NCBI GenBank assembly: GCA_039811685.1
Contig: JBDHZC010000006.1
Coordinates: 32,001 to 96,000, forward strand
DNA length: 64,000 nt
Direction: 5' to 3'
Source: Armatimonadota bacterium
Lineage (GTDB): Bacteria > Armatimonadota > UBA5829 > DSUL01
Of this stretch, positions 40,998 to 50,219 are shown piece by piece. Position 1 is the stretch's first letter, and the number at the start of each line of letters is the position of its first letter. The translations under genes and the position numbers were made by a program. The notes under the pieces were generated by a model. That model was not told the origin of the DNA, ran no database searches, and was given only the letters and a program-made list of their open reading frames with translations.

Positions 40998-42208
40998 TTC
41001 ACGCGGGTATGGCAAGTGATCTCCTCCACATGCTCCAGCGCCTGCATGCTGATTGCGTCTTCAAGGCAGATGCGCGCGCACAGCCCGCAACGGGTGCATT
41101 TGCTGTCGTCCTTCAGTAGCACGGCCACGTGTCCCGCGCCCGCCCGCACCTGAGCGCCAGGCACCATGGCAATTACCTGCTCCGGGCAAATCTCCACGCA
41201 AAGGCCACACATCGTGCAAGCGTCAGCGTCGAAGACAGTATTGATGTCACAACGAAGACAGCGCGCTCCCTGTTGCTGCGCGACAACTTCCGGATAGCTG
41301 AGCATGACTTCGACTGGTTCTGTCATCCGTTCAGGCTTCTGGCGCGGGTACACATCCCAGTTCACCGGCATCCTGTAGGCGGGTAGCGGAATGGGGGTAA
41401 GGGCCCGACAGGTGCGCTCTTCCAGCGTCTGCGCTGTGAGGTGTTCGTGAACCTGACGCGCTACCTGCTGCGCGTTTGCCATAGCATAAATGAAGGGCTC
41501 TGGGCCAATCGCGGCATTCCCCGCAACAAACGTACTCGGCGCATCCACGTGTGGTCCTGGATGTCCGGACGCCAGGACAGCAGCGTCAAACTGAGACTCA
41601 AGCTCGCCCAGAGCTTCCCGGCCGATTTTCTGCGCCAGACGAAGCTCGACACCGAGAAGGCCAATGGCGTCAACCTCCGCCTGAAGGACTGCGGCAGGGA
41701 GAACAGACTCAGGCATAGCACACAGCTGTCCGCCAGCCCGGTTTTTCTCTTCAAACACAACGCAGCGATATCCGAGGCGCGCCAGGTCGTGGGACAGCGT
41801 TAGCCCGGCTGGCCCAGCGCCTACGACAGCTACACTCATGCCGTTTGGCTCCGGATGGGCCGATCCGGACGCGGTAGACAGCTCCAGCCCGTAGTGAGAG
41901 TCCACTAAAGCCTCTGGCCCAAGCTGTTGACAGACAAACGTCTTCAAGTCCCGAATAGAGACAGGAGCGTCAATATTCCGGCGATTGCAGGCATCCTCAC
42001 AGGGCGCAGAACATGCGCGACCGCAGACACTGGCGAGCGGATTGCGCGCCCGGGCAATTCGATAGGCATCCAGGTAGCGCCCCTCGCTGATGGCCACAAC
42101 GTAGCCGCGCGCATCGGTCCCCAGCGGACACGCCACCCGGCACGCGACATTGTGGGAATAATAATCCAAATCCGGCTTGCGCGTTTTGAACTGTTGAGAC
42201 TCTGCCAT
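40994..42208 (-). CDS. GltD-like Fe-S flavoprotein with C-terminal 4Fe-4S dicluster, apparently lacking the central NAD(P)-binding domain
   Basis: CRVACP, VCGRACSAPCEDAC, GAGPAG, RCLRC, CxxCxxCxxxCP and CxxCxxCxxxCL; RBS GAGGGAG. Confidence 0.8.
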   Translation of the reverse strand: MAESQQFKTRKPDLDYYSHNVACRVACPLGTDARGYVVAISEGRYLDAYRIARARNPLASVCGRACSAPCEDACNRRNIDAPVSIRDLKTFVCQQLGPEALVDSHYGLELSTASGSAHPEPNGMSVAVVGAGPAGLTLSHDLARLGYRCVVFEEKNRAGGQLCAMPESVLPAAVLQAEVDAIGLLGVELRLAQKIGREALGELESQFDAAVLASGHPGPHVDAPSTFVAGNAAIGPEPFIYAMANAQQVARQVHEHLTAQTLEERTCRALTPIPLPAYRMPVNWDVYPRQKPERMTEPVEVMLSYPEVVAQQQGARCLRCDINTVFDADACTMCGLCVEICPEQVIAMVPGAQVRAGAGHVAVLLKDDSKCTRCGLCARICLEDAISMQALEHVEEITCHTRVK

Positions 42209-42459
42209 AGCTCCCTCTGCCAGAAGCGTCATCGTACTGAACCTGATTCCACGCGGGGACCTAACGACGCTCCATCGCTTTACCCCCATCCGCGGCTACC
42301 GTGCCGAGCAGATCATAGGCTGGTTTACTACGCACGGCAAGAGCTTCTGCGCCGATTACCAGACAGGCTCCACTCCTCGAGGAGCTGCAGGAACGCGAAG
42401 AAAGCATGCGCGGCGCACTCCAGGGGAAGTTTGCGGTAATCACGGGCGGCGCTGGCGCC

Positions 42460-44622
42460 CTAGAACTTCATCCCGAGCTTCATTTCGGCTTCGTATCTCC
42501 GTCTCTGTTCGGCAGCCGCCTCGTCATCGATGCGAGACCCGCTAAGAGACAGATTGAAGTCGCTGCCAAGGTTGCGCGTGACGCCGAGACTGATGCGCCG
42601 GGACGACACGCCCGCGCTCTCCTGCGTCTCGCTGTACTCATAGCCGCCGGTCAGTTGCGTAGCCCGCGCCACTGCGACACCCAGTCCCAGCCGCGTCTGG
42701 AACCACTGCCGCCCGATGGCGTACTCGTCTTTGTAGGAGTAGTCGCCCGTCAGCGCCAGAATTCCGAATGTTGACTTCAGACCGAGCGAGCGGCTGGAGT
42801 ACTGCTGCGGGTTTCCCTTGCTGTCTTCTGGGTTATCCGCCAGAGCCGCAGTCAGCCCGAGATACTTCCAGGGCTCCAGAGTGAAGCTGAGCATCGTGGT
42901 GTCGATGCTGTAGTCTCCGGCGTCCCGGGTCTTGTAGCCGCCTGCAATGTTGAAATAGTCGAGAGGTTTGGCGGAGGCATTGATATCCTTCACCGCCAGT
43001 GTATTATCGTCGGAGTCCGAAAACGCATACCCACCGGATAGTTTCAGGGTCTTGTAAGGCTGGGCATCCAGACGGATGTCGTGCGTGCGAAAGCCTGCGC
43101 TTGCCTGCCGGTCAGTGATGCCGGCGGAAAGCTTCCAGCGGTCGCTGGCAGCAGTCGCGACACGCAGCCCGGCGCTGTTGTCTGCTCCGCCGAGATCGCT
43201 TCCTCGTCCAGCGAAGTTCGCCTGCAGTTCGACAACCTTGAGAGGCCTGGCTTTGACTCCAATATCAACCGCCGTAGTGTCCTCACCTGACTGTACAGTG
43301 TTGGCCTGGAAAGCCGCCGTTAACGCAACGTCCTTGAGTGGCGCGGCGCTGAGGCCCACATTCAACGCGCTGGCGGATCCGGTGGCCTCGGAGTCCGTGA
43401 GCTTCATCCCCGCATTGACAGCCACATCCTTCAGGAGGCTTGTATTCAGCGTCACCTGTTGCGTAGTCGTGCGGCTGAGCGCATCCTGTGGACCCTGAAG
43501 CGTATCCGTCCATACAAACTGTGTGCTGGTTTTCTGGCCGATGGCGGAGGCCAGCTTGAACTCGTTGACCTGCACGTCAGTGACCCCGCTGCCGGTCTGC
43601 GTCGCCGTAGCGGTGCGAGTAAACAGAAAAGCTGTTCCGGGCGCAACGTTGTAGCCAAGCGTGTTGTTGAGCGTTGTCACTGTCTTGGCGCCCCCGGAAA
43701 AATCCCTGCGGTCATAAGACGATCCCAGCGACAGGCGAGAGCCTTCCGGCTTCCACGCGAGCGCCAGATTTTGCTGCCCTTCACCGCCCTTGAAGCCGTA
43801 GTCCTTGGCTGCGGAGAAGGCCTGCCCCGCGCTGACGTATGAGCCCGTGATGCTGAGATCGCCAATCTGCGTCGTGCCGCCAAACCTGGCCGCCGCGCGC
43901 TGCCAGAGACTGCCAGAGTTGGCGGCGCCTCCCTGATCCATATACACGGAAGAGGCAAAGCTGGTGTTGGCGCCAAGCTGGGTCTTGCCCTGAAAGCCCA
44001 GAATGGCGTCTGCAGCATTTGGATCTGTGGCGCTCTGGCGATAGAGAGCACTCATCTGTAAGCTGGAGGAGCCCGAAGAATAAAGATTCAGGGCGAGCGG
44101 AAGGGCAAATCCACTACCACTGCGTACAGAAGTTGCGGGGTCGAGGCCGTACTCCACCTTGGCCATACTGCTGGCGCCCAGAGGCGAGGTGAACGCGATA
44201 GTCCCGGAAGCGGGGTCCAGATTGTAGTCAACTCCGCGCAGACCCGGACGGCCGTCAATCAAAACCGTCTCACGTCCCGGAACGATACCTTTCCACGAGA
44301 GTCTGAACGGACCACGAGAGCCATTGCCGGAAATGACATCCCTCGCAAAACCGCGCTCCAGATCGGAGGAGCCAGCGGCGCTGAGGGTGGTTCCACCAGG
44401 AGAAATCTGTGCCGCACGGCCCACCCCTGACTCGCTGAAGCTCTGCGATGCAAATCCTGCCTTGACGGCAGGCAGCCAGACGGCCGGCAGGCACAGACAC
44501 AGACAAATGGCCTTCCGGCTTAGCGCCGGCAGACCACTGAAGCGCGCGCCCGGTTTTGCTCCAGTCACATGCATCTTTGACTCCGTACTATGAGACGCCC
44601 GAAGACGCATAATGTTTCCCAT
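42460..44622 (-). CDS. Large exported beta-rich protein, probable outer-membrane barrel
   Basis: Signal peptide, long run of alternating amphipathic strands, C-terminal KLGMKF; RGVDYNLDPASGTIAF motif. Confidence 0.65.
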   Translation of the reverse strand: MGNIMRLRASHSTESKMHVTGAKPGARFSGLPALSRKAICLCLCLPAVWLPAVKAGFASQSFSESGVGRAAQISPGGTTLSAAGSSDLERGFARDVISGNGSRGPFRLSWKGIVPGRETVLIDGRPGLRGVDYNLDPASGTIAFTSPLGASSMAKVEYGLDPATSVRSGSGFALPLALNLYSSGSSSLQMSALYRQSATDPNAADAILGFQGKTQLGANTSFASSVYMDQGGAANSGSLWQRAAARFGGTTQIGDLSITGSYVSAGQAFSAAKDYGFKGGEGQQNLALAWKPEGSRLSLGSSYDRRDFSGGAKTVTTLNNTLGYNVAPGTAFLFTRTATATQTGSGVTDVQVNEFKLASAIGQKTSTQFVWTDTLQGPQDALSRTTTQQVTLNTSLLKDVAVNAGMKLTDSEATGSASALNVGLSAAPLKDVALTAAFQANTVQSGEDTTAVDIGVKARPLKVVELQANFAGRGSDLGGADNSAGLRVATAASDRWKLSAGITDRQASAGFRTHDIRLDAQPYKTLKLSGGYAFSDSDDNTLAVKDINASAKPLDYFNIAGGYKTRDAGDYSIDTTMLSFTLEPWKYLGLTAALADNPEDSKGNPQQYSSRSLGLKSTFGILALTGDYSYKDEYAIGRQWFQTRLGLGVAVARATQLTGGYEYSETQESAGVSSRRISLGVTRNLGSDFNLSLSGSRIDDEAAAEQRRRYEAEMKLGMKF

Positions 44623-44716
44623 GGCCTCCTTCCTGTGAAAGACTTCGGCTGCACACCGATGCGCACTTTGCCCTGCCGCGTAGATATGTTACACTGAAGC
44701 TGGAGAGGAATGTAAT

Positions 44717-47176
44717 ATGATTCGACTCTACCCTCTGATACTGGCCCTTGCAGGGGTATTGTGGTCTGCGCCCGCTCACGCGCTTCTTGTGTGTCTGGAC
44801 GCCGGCGCCCCGATCAACGAAAGCACTGGCCAGATTCAACTCAACGCGGCAGCGCTGAAGGCTACCGGCACGCAGTACGTTCGCGTAAACTTTATTCTAG
44901 GACCGTGGAGCAATCCCAATGACGCCACCAAACGCGGCCCGCAGAATATGAGCTGGAAGCAAACTTACGACCAGATCATCCACAGCCTGACTTCTCAGGG
45001 GATTGAGGTGTACGCTCTGATAGGTGCGCAGGCTGTCCACAGCTCGGCAGGCGGCAACTACAACAGCGATCAATGGGTCAATGACTACGTAGCAAACTTC
45101 ACCACCATCGTTGGCCAATTCAAAGATCGCGTGCGGGTTTACGAGTCTTTCAATGAACCCAACGACTGGGCCGGCGGCACAACCGCCCAGGTGCAGCCAT
45201 TCTGGTTTGCAAAGATGCTGCAAAACATCTACCTTTCGGTGAAGATCAATAACGGGCACCAGAGTGACCAGAGCTGGCAGGTAACGCTGGTGAGTGGGCC
45301 TGGCTTCAGCCACGACATGGACACCGTCGCCACTTACATGCAGCAGACCTACCAGGCGGGTATCAACCAGCTTTCGTGGACGTCAGTCAAGAACAGCTAC
45401 GGAACGTATCCGTTGGACGGCATCGGCTATCACATCTATGTCGCTCAGGGATCAACAGACACAACCACAGTCCGCAACGCTGTCAACAAGAACCTCAACG
45501 CAATCTGGAGTACAGTCAAGAGCTTTGAGGGGTCCAACACGCCTAAGAAGCTCTGGGTATCGGAGTGGAGCTGGAACACGGCATCGGTTTCAGAGAGTGG
45601 GCAGGCCAGCAATCTGACGACTGTGTTCAATCTGTTCAAAAGCGACGCACGCGTCGCGCTGGCGAGCTGGTTTCAGATTACGGACTTTGGGGCCTCCGAC
45701 AAGTGGGGGCTCTTTCGGGCGGGCGGCCTCACTGAGGCTAACAAGAAGCCGTCCTGGCAGGCCTTCCACGATTTTGCGGGGGCGCAGAACACTCCCGGCT
45801 CCATTACAGGCACAGTGCGTGACACACTGGGCAATTACCTGCAGGGTGTACAAGTAACCGCTTCGCCGGGCGCTTTCTCTACTACGACAGCGGCAGACGG
45901 AAGTTATACTTTATCTAATATACCTGTGGGAACTTATACTGTAGCTGCACAGAAGTTTGGCTACCGCCCTGGCAGTCAAGCGGTGAATGTGACATCGGGC
46001 ACAGCGGCAACGACCTCTTTTGTCCTGGGGTTACCAGCTACAGTCACATCTCCGGCCGGCGCAAAGCAGAGAACGGATGGGAGCTTCGTCAGACTGGACA
46101 ACGCAGTCGTGACCGCAAACTTTGCCGGAGACCGCATCTATATCGAGGCGGCCGATCGGTCCAGCGGCATCGGAGTAACCGGCGCGCAGGCGGCAGTGGG
46201 AGACCGCGTGAACGTGACGGGTACGATGGTAAGTGCCGACGGAGAGCGTGTGTTCACATCGGCCGGCGTTCAAGTGGTTGCCTCAGGCCAGCCTGTCCCT
46301 TTTCCGCTGTCTATGCGCAACTCCACCCTTGGGGGTGAATCATTTGCGGCTCAGGGAGGTGTTGTGGATAATGCGACCACCAATCCTGCCACTCCGGGCA
46401 TTGGGCGCAACAATGTGGGACTTCTGGTTACAACATGGGGAAACGTCACGTTTGTTGACGGTCCGGGTGCGTGGTTTTACATTGACGACGGCTCAGGGCT
46501 GAAAGACGGGTCTGGCCATGTCGGTGTACGGGTCGCGGCTTCCGGGCTCACTTTGCCCGCCGAAGGGAACCTGGTGCGCATCACAGGTATCAGCGGAGTG
46601 ACGCGGATTGGCTCCAACAATGCCAGAATTGTGAGGGCGCGGCAGCAGAGCGATATTGTAAGGCTCTACCCTCAAACGCTGGAGCCAATCGTCGGCAACG
46701 CCAGTTTTGAGGATGGAGCGCTTGCGCCCTGGAGCGCCTGCGGGTCAACGGATAACATTATTACGGGGACGTGGTTTGGTGGAATCACGGCGCACTCTGG
46801 CAATGCCTTCGCCGGCACGGCCACGAACGGAGGAGTGCGGTCCGGTGGCTACTACCAGACGGTGGCTGTGGAGCCGGGCACGTCCTGTGTGGCCAAAGTC
46901 TGGAGCGCGGTATTTCGAGCTGCCAATTCCACCACATCCACGCTGTCGCGTATCGGGATTGACCCGAGTGGCGGAACGAATCCCGCTTCAGCGAACATCG
47001 CCTGGTCCGCCTGGGACATGCAGAGCGCAGACTACACCTTCGTCTGGCGGCAACTCCAAACACCTGCGGTTACCTCGATTTCTTCTACTGTGACTATCTT
47101 TCTGGACTTTCAGCAAAGCGAAAGCGCGGGCTGGCATGTCAACTGCTTCGACGACGCAACGCTTGAGGTCCACTGA
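44717..47176 (+). CDS. Secreted clan GH-A glycoside hydrolase with accessory domains
   Basis: Signal peptide; FNEPN acid/base, GYHIY, WVSEW nucleophile; carboxypeptidase-regulatory-like domain; recurrent domain; C-terminal NASFE CBM-like domain. Confidence 0.8.
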   Translation: MIRLYPLILALAGVLWSAPAHALLVCLDAGAPINESTGQIQLNAAALKATGTQYVRVNFILGPWSNPNDATKRGPQNMSWKQTYDQIIHSLTSQGIEVYALIGAQAVHSSAGGNYNSDQWVNDYVANFTTIVGQFKDRVRVYESFNEPNDWAGGTTAQVQPFWFAKMLQNIYLSVKINNGHQSDQSWQVTLVSGPGFSHDMDTVATYMQQTYQAGINQLSWTSVKNSYGTYPLDGIGYHIYVAQGSTDTTTVRNAVNKNLNAIWSTVKSFEGSNTPKKLWVSEWSWNTASVSESGQASNLTTVFNLFKSDARVALASWFQITDFGASDKWGLFRAGGLTEANKKPSWQAFHDFAGAQNTPGSITGTVRDTLGNYLQGVQVTASPGAFSTTTAADGSYTLSNIPVGTYTVAAQKFGYRPGSQAVNVTSGTAATTSFVLGLPATVTSPAGAKQRTDGSFVRLDNAVVTANFAGDRIYIEAADRSSGIGVTGAQAAVGDRVNVTGTMVSADGERVFTSAGVQVVASGQPVPFPLSMRNSTLGGESFAAQGGVVDNATTNPATPGIGRNNVGLLVTTWGNVTFVDGPGAWFYIDDGSGLKDGSGHVGVRVAASGLTLPAEGNLVRITGISGVTRIGSNNARIVRARQQSDIVRLYPQTLEPIVGNASFEDGALAPWSACGSTDNIITGTWFGGITAHSGNAFAGTATNGGVRSGGYYQTVAVEPGTSCVAKVWSAVFRAANSTTSTLSRIGIDPSGGTNPASANIAWSAWDMQSADYTFVWRQLQTPAVTSISSTVTIFLDFQQSESAGWHVNCFDDATLEVH
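46046..46666 (+). repeat. Recurrent ~200-aa domain, copy 2 (internal in the glycosidase)
   Basis: GAK..DG..VVTA..IYIE..DRSSGI..NNVGLLVTTWG.V..FYIDDGSG..GVRV..ITGIS..RQQSDI. Confidence 0.8.
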
Positions 47177-47212
47177 AAAATTCTTTCTACAAAAAACCAG
47201 TATTGCAAGTGA

Positions 47213-47241
47213 TTGACAGCAACGGTCTCAAGTGGTAGCCT
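47213..47241 (+). promoter_or_regulatory. Sigma70-type promoter for the paralog pair
   Basis: TTGACA-17 nt-TAGCCT with a TG extension. Confidence 0.5.
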
Positions 47242-47314
47242 TGATTGATAATGCGGGAGGAGCCGGGGGATGGATCACATGTCCGAGCACGCCCCGCAAA
47301 GAAAGGGAGAAACG

Positions 47315-48079
47315 ATGAAAGCTTCTTTTAGCCTTCTGGTCCTGGCTGCGACTGCTGTGTGCGCTAACGCAGCGCCAGTCGTAACCACCACCCAGGGTAA
47401 TGACGGCGATCTGGCAAAAAGCCCCAGCGCGATTGATCTGATTGAAGGCAAGATTGCGACAGAGCTGCCCGGAGACAAGGGATGGCATCCAGCCAATAGC
47501 GACCCACTGGATAAGTTGCCAGCGTTCACTGACGGTCAGGGAATGCGCGCAACCGGTCTGACCGGTTTGCTGAACGACTTTCCAGGCCCGGGCACACCGA
47601 CCAAACTTATTCAGTACGATCTGAACTCTCCCACAGACATCTGGGAGATTGACGTGTTCTCTGGCAACAACGGCAGAGACGGCCGCGTGTTTCACACTTA
47701 TACGGTGGCCTTCTCAACAGACGGCGCCAATTACAGCAATCCGATCTACGTGCAGTCGCATCCCTCTGGCACTCTCAACAACGCGAACAACAATCAGTGG
47801 GCGAGAGTGTTGACGCAGCTCACGGATAGCGCCGGCCCGCTGGCGACTGGTGTCACCAACCTGCGCTTCAGCTTCTACGCAGTGGACAACACTCAGGGAC
47901 AGATGCGGGATCCGTTTGACGGTGTTAACCCGTTTACAGGTATTGACGACGGACTGGGCGCACCGATCTCATCTCCATTGATTCTCGAGATTGATGTGGT
48001 TCCGGAGCCGGCTTCCGTAGCCGCGATGGCCCTTGGGCTGACCGGATTTGCCGCGACCTTCCGCCGACGGCGCGCGTAA
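47315..48079 (+). CDS. PEP-CTERM protein (discoidin/F5-8-like passenger domain)
   Basis: Signal peptide; C-terminal VPEPASVAAMALGLTGFAATFRRRRA. Confidence 0.9.
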   Translation: MKASFSLLVLAATAVCANAAPVVTTTQGNDGDLAKSPSAIDLIEGKIATELPGDKGWHPANSDPLDKLPAFTDGQGMRATGLTGLLNDFPGPGTPTKLIQYDLNSPTDIWEIDVFSGNNGRDGRVFHTYTVAFSTDGANYSNPIYVQSHPSGTLNNANNNQWARVLTQLTDSAGPLATGVTNLRFSFYAVDNTQGQMRDPFDGVNPFTGIDDGLGAPISSPLILEIDVVPEPASVAAMALGLTGFAATFRRRRA

Positions 48080-48146
48080 ATCCAGCGTTCAAGTCATGGG
48101 AAGCGCAGTGCCCACTCTGCGCTTCCCCTGCCGAAAGGAACAATCG

Positions 48147-49493
48147 ATGAAAGGCTATTTTCTGCCGCTTGCTGCCGCTGTGCTGGCAGTATCTCTGAGT
48201 GCCCCCGGGATCACTGCACCCGTTGTCGTGACGACGCAGGGTGAGCTGGGCGATCTGGCAGCCGCCTACAGCACCACTGATCTGATCGAGGGAATGATCG
48301 CAACCGAGCTGCCTGGCGACAAAGGTTGGCATCCTGCCAACGCCGACCCCTTGGACAAGCTGCCGGCTTTCACTGACGGACAGGGCATGCGGCCAAGCGG
48401 CCTTACGGGCCTTCTGAACGATTTCCCAGGCGCGGGCACACCGACAAAGCTGATTCAATATCAGTTTGACAGCCCAAAAGACATTGACGAGATTCGTGTT
48501 TTCAGCGGGAACAAGAATAATACTGACGGACGTGTTTTTCACACTTACACTGCAGAGTTCTCACCCAACGGGATAGACTTCACGCCGCCGATCTATGTCC
48601 AGTCGCATCCCTCTGGCACTATTAACAATGACGCCGGAATATTCAACCACTGGCACAACGCGTTGACGCAGTTGACGGACGATTCCGGAAAAGTTGCTTA
48701 TGGCGTGCGCTATTTGCGACTCAAATTCTATTCCGTTGACAACACCGGTGGTCAGATGCGCGATCCGTTTGACGGCGAGAACCCGTTTACCGGTACGGAT
48801 GATGGATTGAGCGCAGGCTTTGTCTCTCCGTTGATTCTGGAGATCGACGTGTTCGGCGCCAACAGTGTTGCGCAGCCAGTTGCCACTATTGGCGAAGCGC
48901 GCGCAAAGCCGCTGGGGATGCTGGTTTCACTGAGTGACAAGGTTGTCACCAAGAGCGCTACAACCGAGTTCTTTATGGAAGAGGCGAACCGCAGCGCCGG
49001 AATCAGAGTAGTTTCTGCAGAGAACCCACCGGCAAACCAGAAGGTGTCGATCACGGGACAGATTGTAACCTCGTCCACCAACGGCGAGAAGTATCTGGAA
49101 GCCACGGGACAGCCTGCCACTGTTGGGGCGGCTGCGACAGTTGGCCCACTCGATATGCGAAACGGCGTCATCGGAGGTCAATCCGCAACTGGTAGCGCAG
49201 GGCTGGCGACAGATGGTCTTCTGGTCACGACATGGGGCAAAGTCACCGGCATTGATATTGGCAACAGCGTCGTGTACATTGACGATGGCAGCAATGCAGC
49301 CAACGATACGCCGGTCGGAACTTTAGGCGAGCAGGTCGCGGGGCTTAAGGTCGGTCCTGGTGATGTGTTCAGCCTCCTGCCGGGTCAGTATGTCGGTGTG
49401 ACGGGGATTTCCCGTCTGGACGCCGGCGGCCTCGGCATTATCCGACGCGTAGAGCCGCTGGACTTTGGCTCTTCTATAGTGAGTCTCGACTGA
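48147..49493 (+). CDS. Secreted paralog of the upstream PEP-CTERM protein, ending in the recurrent ~200-aa domain instead
   Basis: Shares IATELPGDKGWHPAN.DPLDKLPAFTDGQGMR, DGRVFHTYT, PIYVQSHPSGT, QMRDPFDG.NPFTG.DDGL and SPLILEIDV with 47315..48079. Confidence 0.9.
   Translation: MKGYFLPLAAAVLAVSLSAPGITAPVVVTTQGELGDLAAAYSTTDLIEGMIATELPGDKGWHPANADPLDKLPAFTDGQGMRPSGLTGLLNDFPGAGTPTKLIQYQFDSPKDIDEIRVFSGNKNNTDGRVFHTYTAEFSPNGIDFTPPIYVQSHPSGTINNDAGIFNHWHNALTQLTDDSGKVAYGVRYLRLKFYSVDNTGGQMRDPFDGENPFTGTDDGLSAGFVSPLILEIDVFGANSVAQPVATIGEARAKPLGMLVSLSDKVVTKSATTEFFMEEANRSAGIRVVSAENPPANQKVSITGQIVTSSTNGEKYLEATGQPATVGAAATVGPLDMRNGVIGGQSATGSAGLATDGLLVTTWGKVTGIDIGNSVVYIDDGSNAANDTPVGTLGEQVAGLKVGPGDVFSLLPGQYVGVTGISRLDAGGLGIIRRVEPLDFGSSIVSLD
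48885..49490 (+). repeat. Recurrent ~200-aa domain, copy 3
   Basis: IGEAR..DKVVT..EE.NRSAGIRV..PL.MRN..IGG..GLLVTTWGKV..YIDDGS..GLKV..VTGIS. Confidence 0.8.
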
Positions 49494-49519
49494 ACTATTC
49501 CTGAGCCGCTTTTCCTGCT

Positions 49520-49550
49520 GAGCCGGAGTAAACCTCCGGCTCTTTTTTTT
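49520..49550 (+). terminator. Intrinsic terminator
   Basis: GAGCCGGAG-TAAAC-CTCCGGCTC followed by T8. Confidence 0.85.
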
Positions 49551-49627
49551 GTACCGATGTTAAGGACTTCTTCAGAACGCCCGTCATACTCAGCAGAAGG
49601 CCTTCGAGACAACAGCAAAACAGGATA

Positions 49628-50047
49628 ATGAGGAGTATGAAAAATAGAACACTGGCTCTCTTAGCCACAGCCTTTGTGCTGATAACCTCCGTGGGAGTCT
49701 GGGCAGCGGACACTCACCCGAAAACTCAGAACGGGCGACTCGATCCGCAGGCAAGACACCGCGCCATAGGCTGTCTGCAGAAAGCCGCAGACGCCGCCGG
49801 CGTAACTCCGGAGCAGAAGGCTCAGATTAAACAGATCAACGACAAGTTCCGGGCGGACGTGAAGGCCTTGCGCCAATCTGACCTGCCTCAGGACCAGAAA
49901 CGCGCAAAGTTGCGCGAGTTGAGGATCGCGCACCGCGAGGAGATCAAGAAGGTTTTGACTACACAGCAACTGACGGCGATCAAGAAGTACATGAAAGAGA
50001 ACTGTCCGCGAACTGGCGACGCTGCCCGACAAGGCAAAAAGGCATAG
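49628..50047 (+). CDS. Spy/CpxP-like periplasmic helical chaperone
   Basis: Signal peptide; VTPEQK and LTTQQ (LTxxQ) motifs. Confidence 0.75.
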   Translation: MRSMKNRTLALLATAFVLITSVGVWAADTHPKTQNGRLDPQARHRAIGCLQKAADAAGVTPEQKAQIKQINDKFRADVKALRQSDLPQDQKRAKLRELRIAHREEIKKVLTTQQLTAIKKYMKENCPRTGDAARQGKKA

Positions 50048-50092
50048 CGCCAAATCTGACCAAACTTACATCTGACCCACACACGCACTCAA

Positions 50093-50125
50093 AGGTCCCG
50101 CCTTTCACAGGCGGGACCTCTTTTT
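50093..50125 (+). terminator. Intrinsic terminator
   Basis: AGGTCCCGCCT-TTCAC-AGGCGGGACCT followed by CTTTTT. Confidence 0.8.
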
Positions 50126-50219
50126 GTCAAAGGCAGGCAGGAGTTGACAGGCACTCCTGCAATCAGACAACCTCTTCGCACGAGATTCCTTTCAGTTTGA
50201 ACAAGGGGTGCGAAAGAAA

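Noticed and set aside
47380..48850. Tandem duplication as an assembly artefact or CRISPR-like repeat
   Set aside because: The copies differ at many synonymous positions and both are intact genes; there is no short repeat-spacer periodicity.
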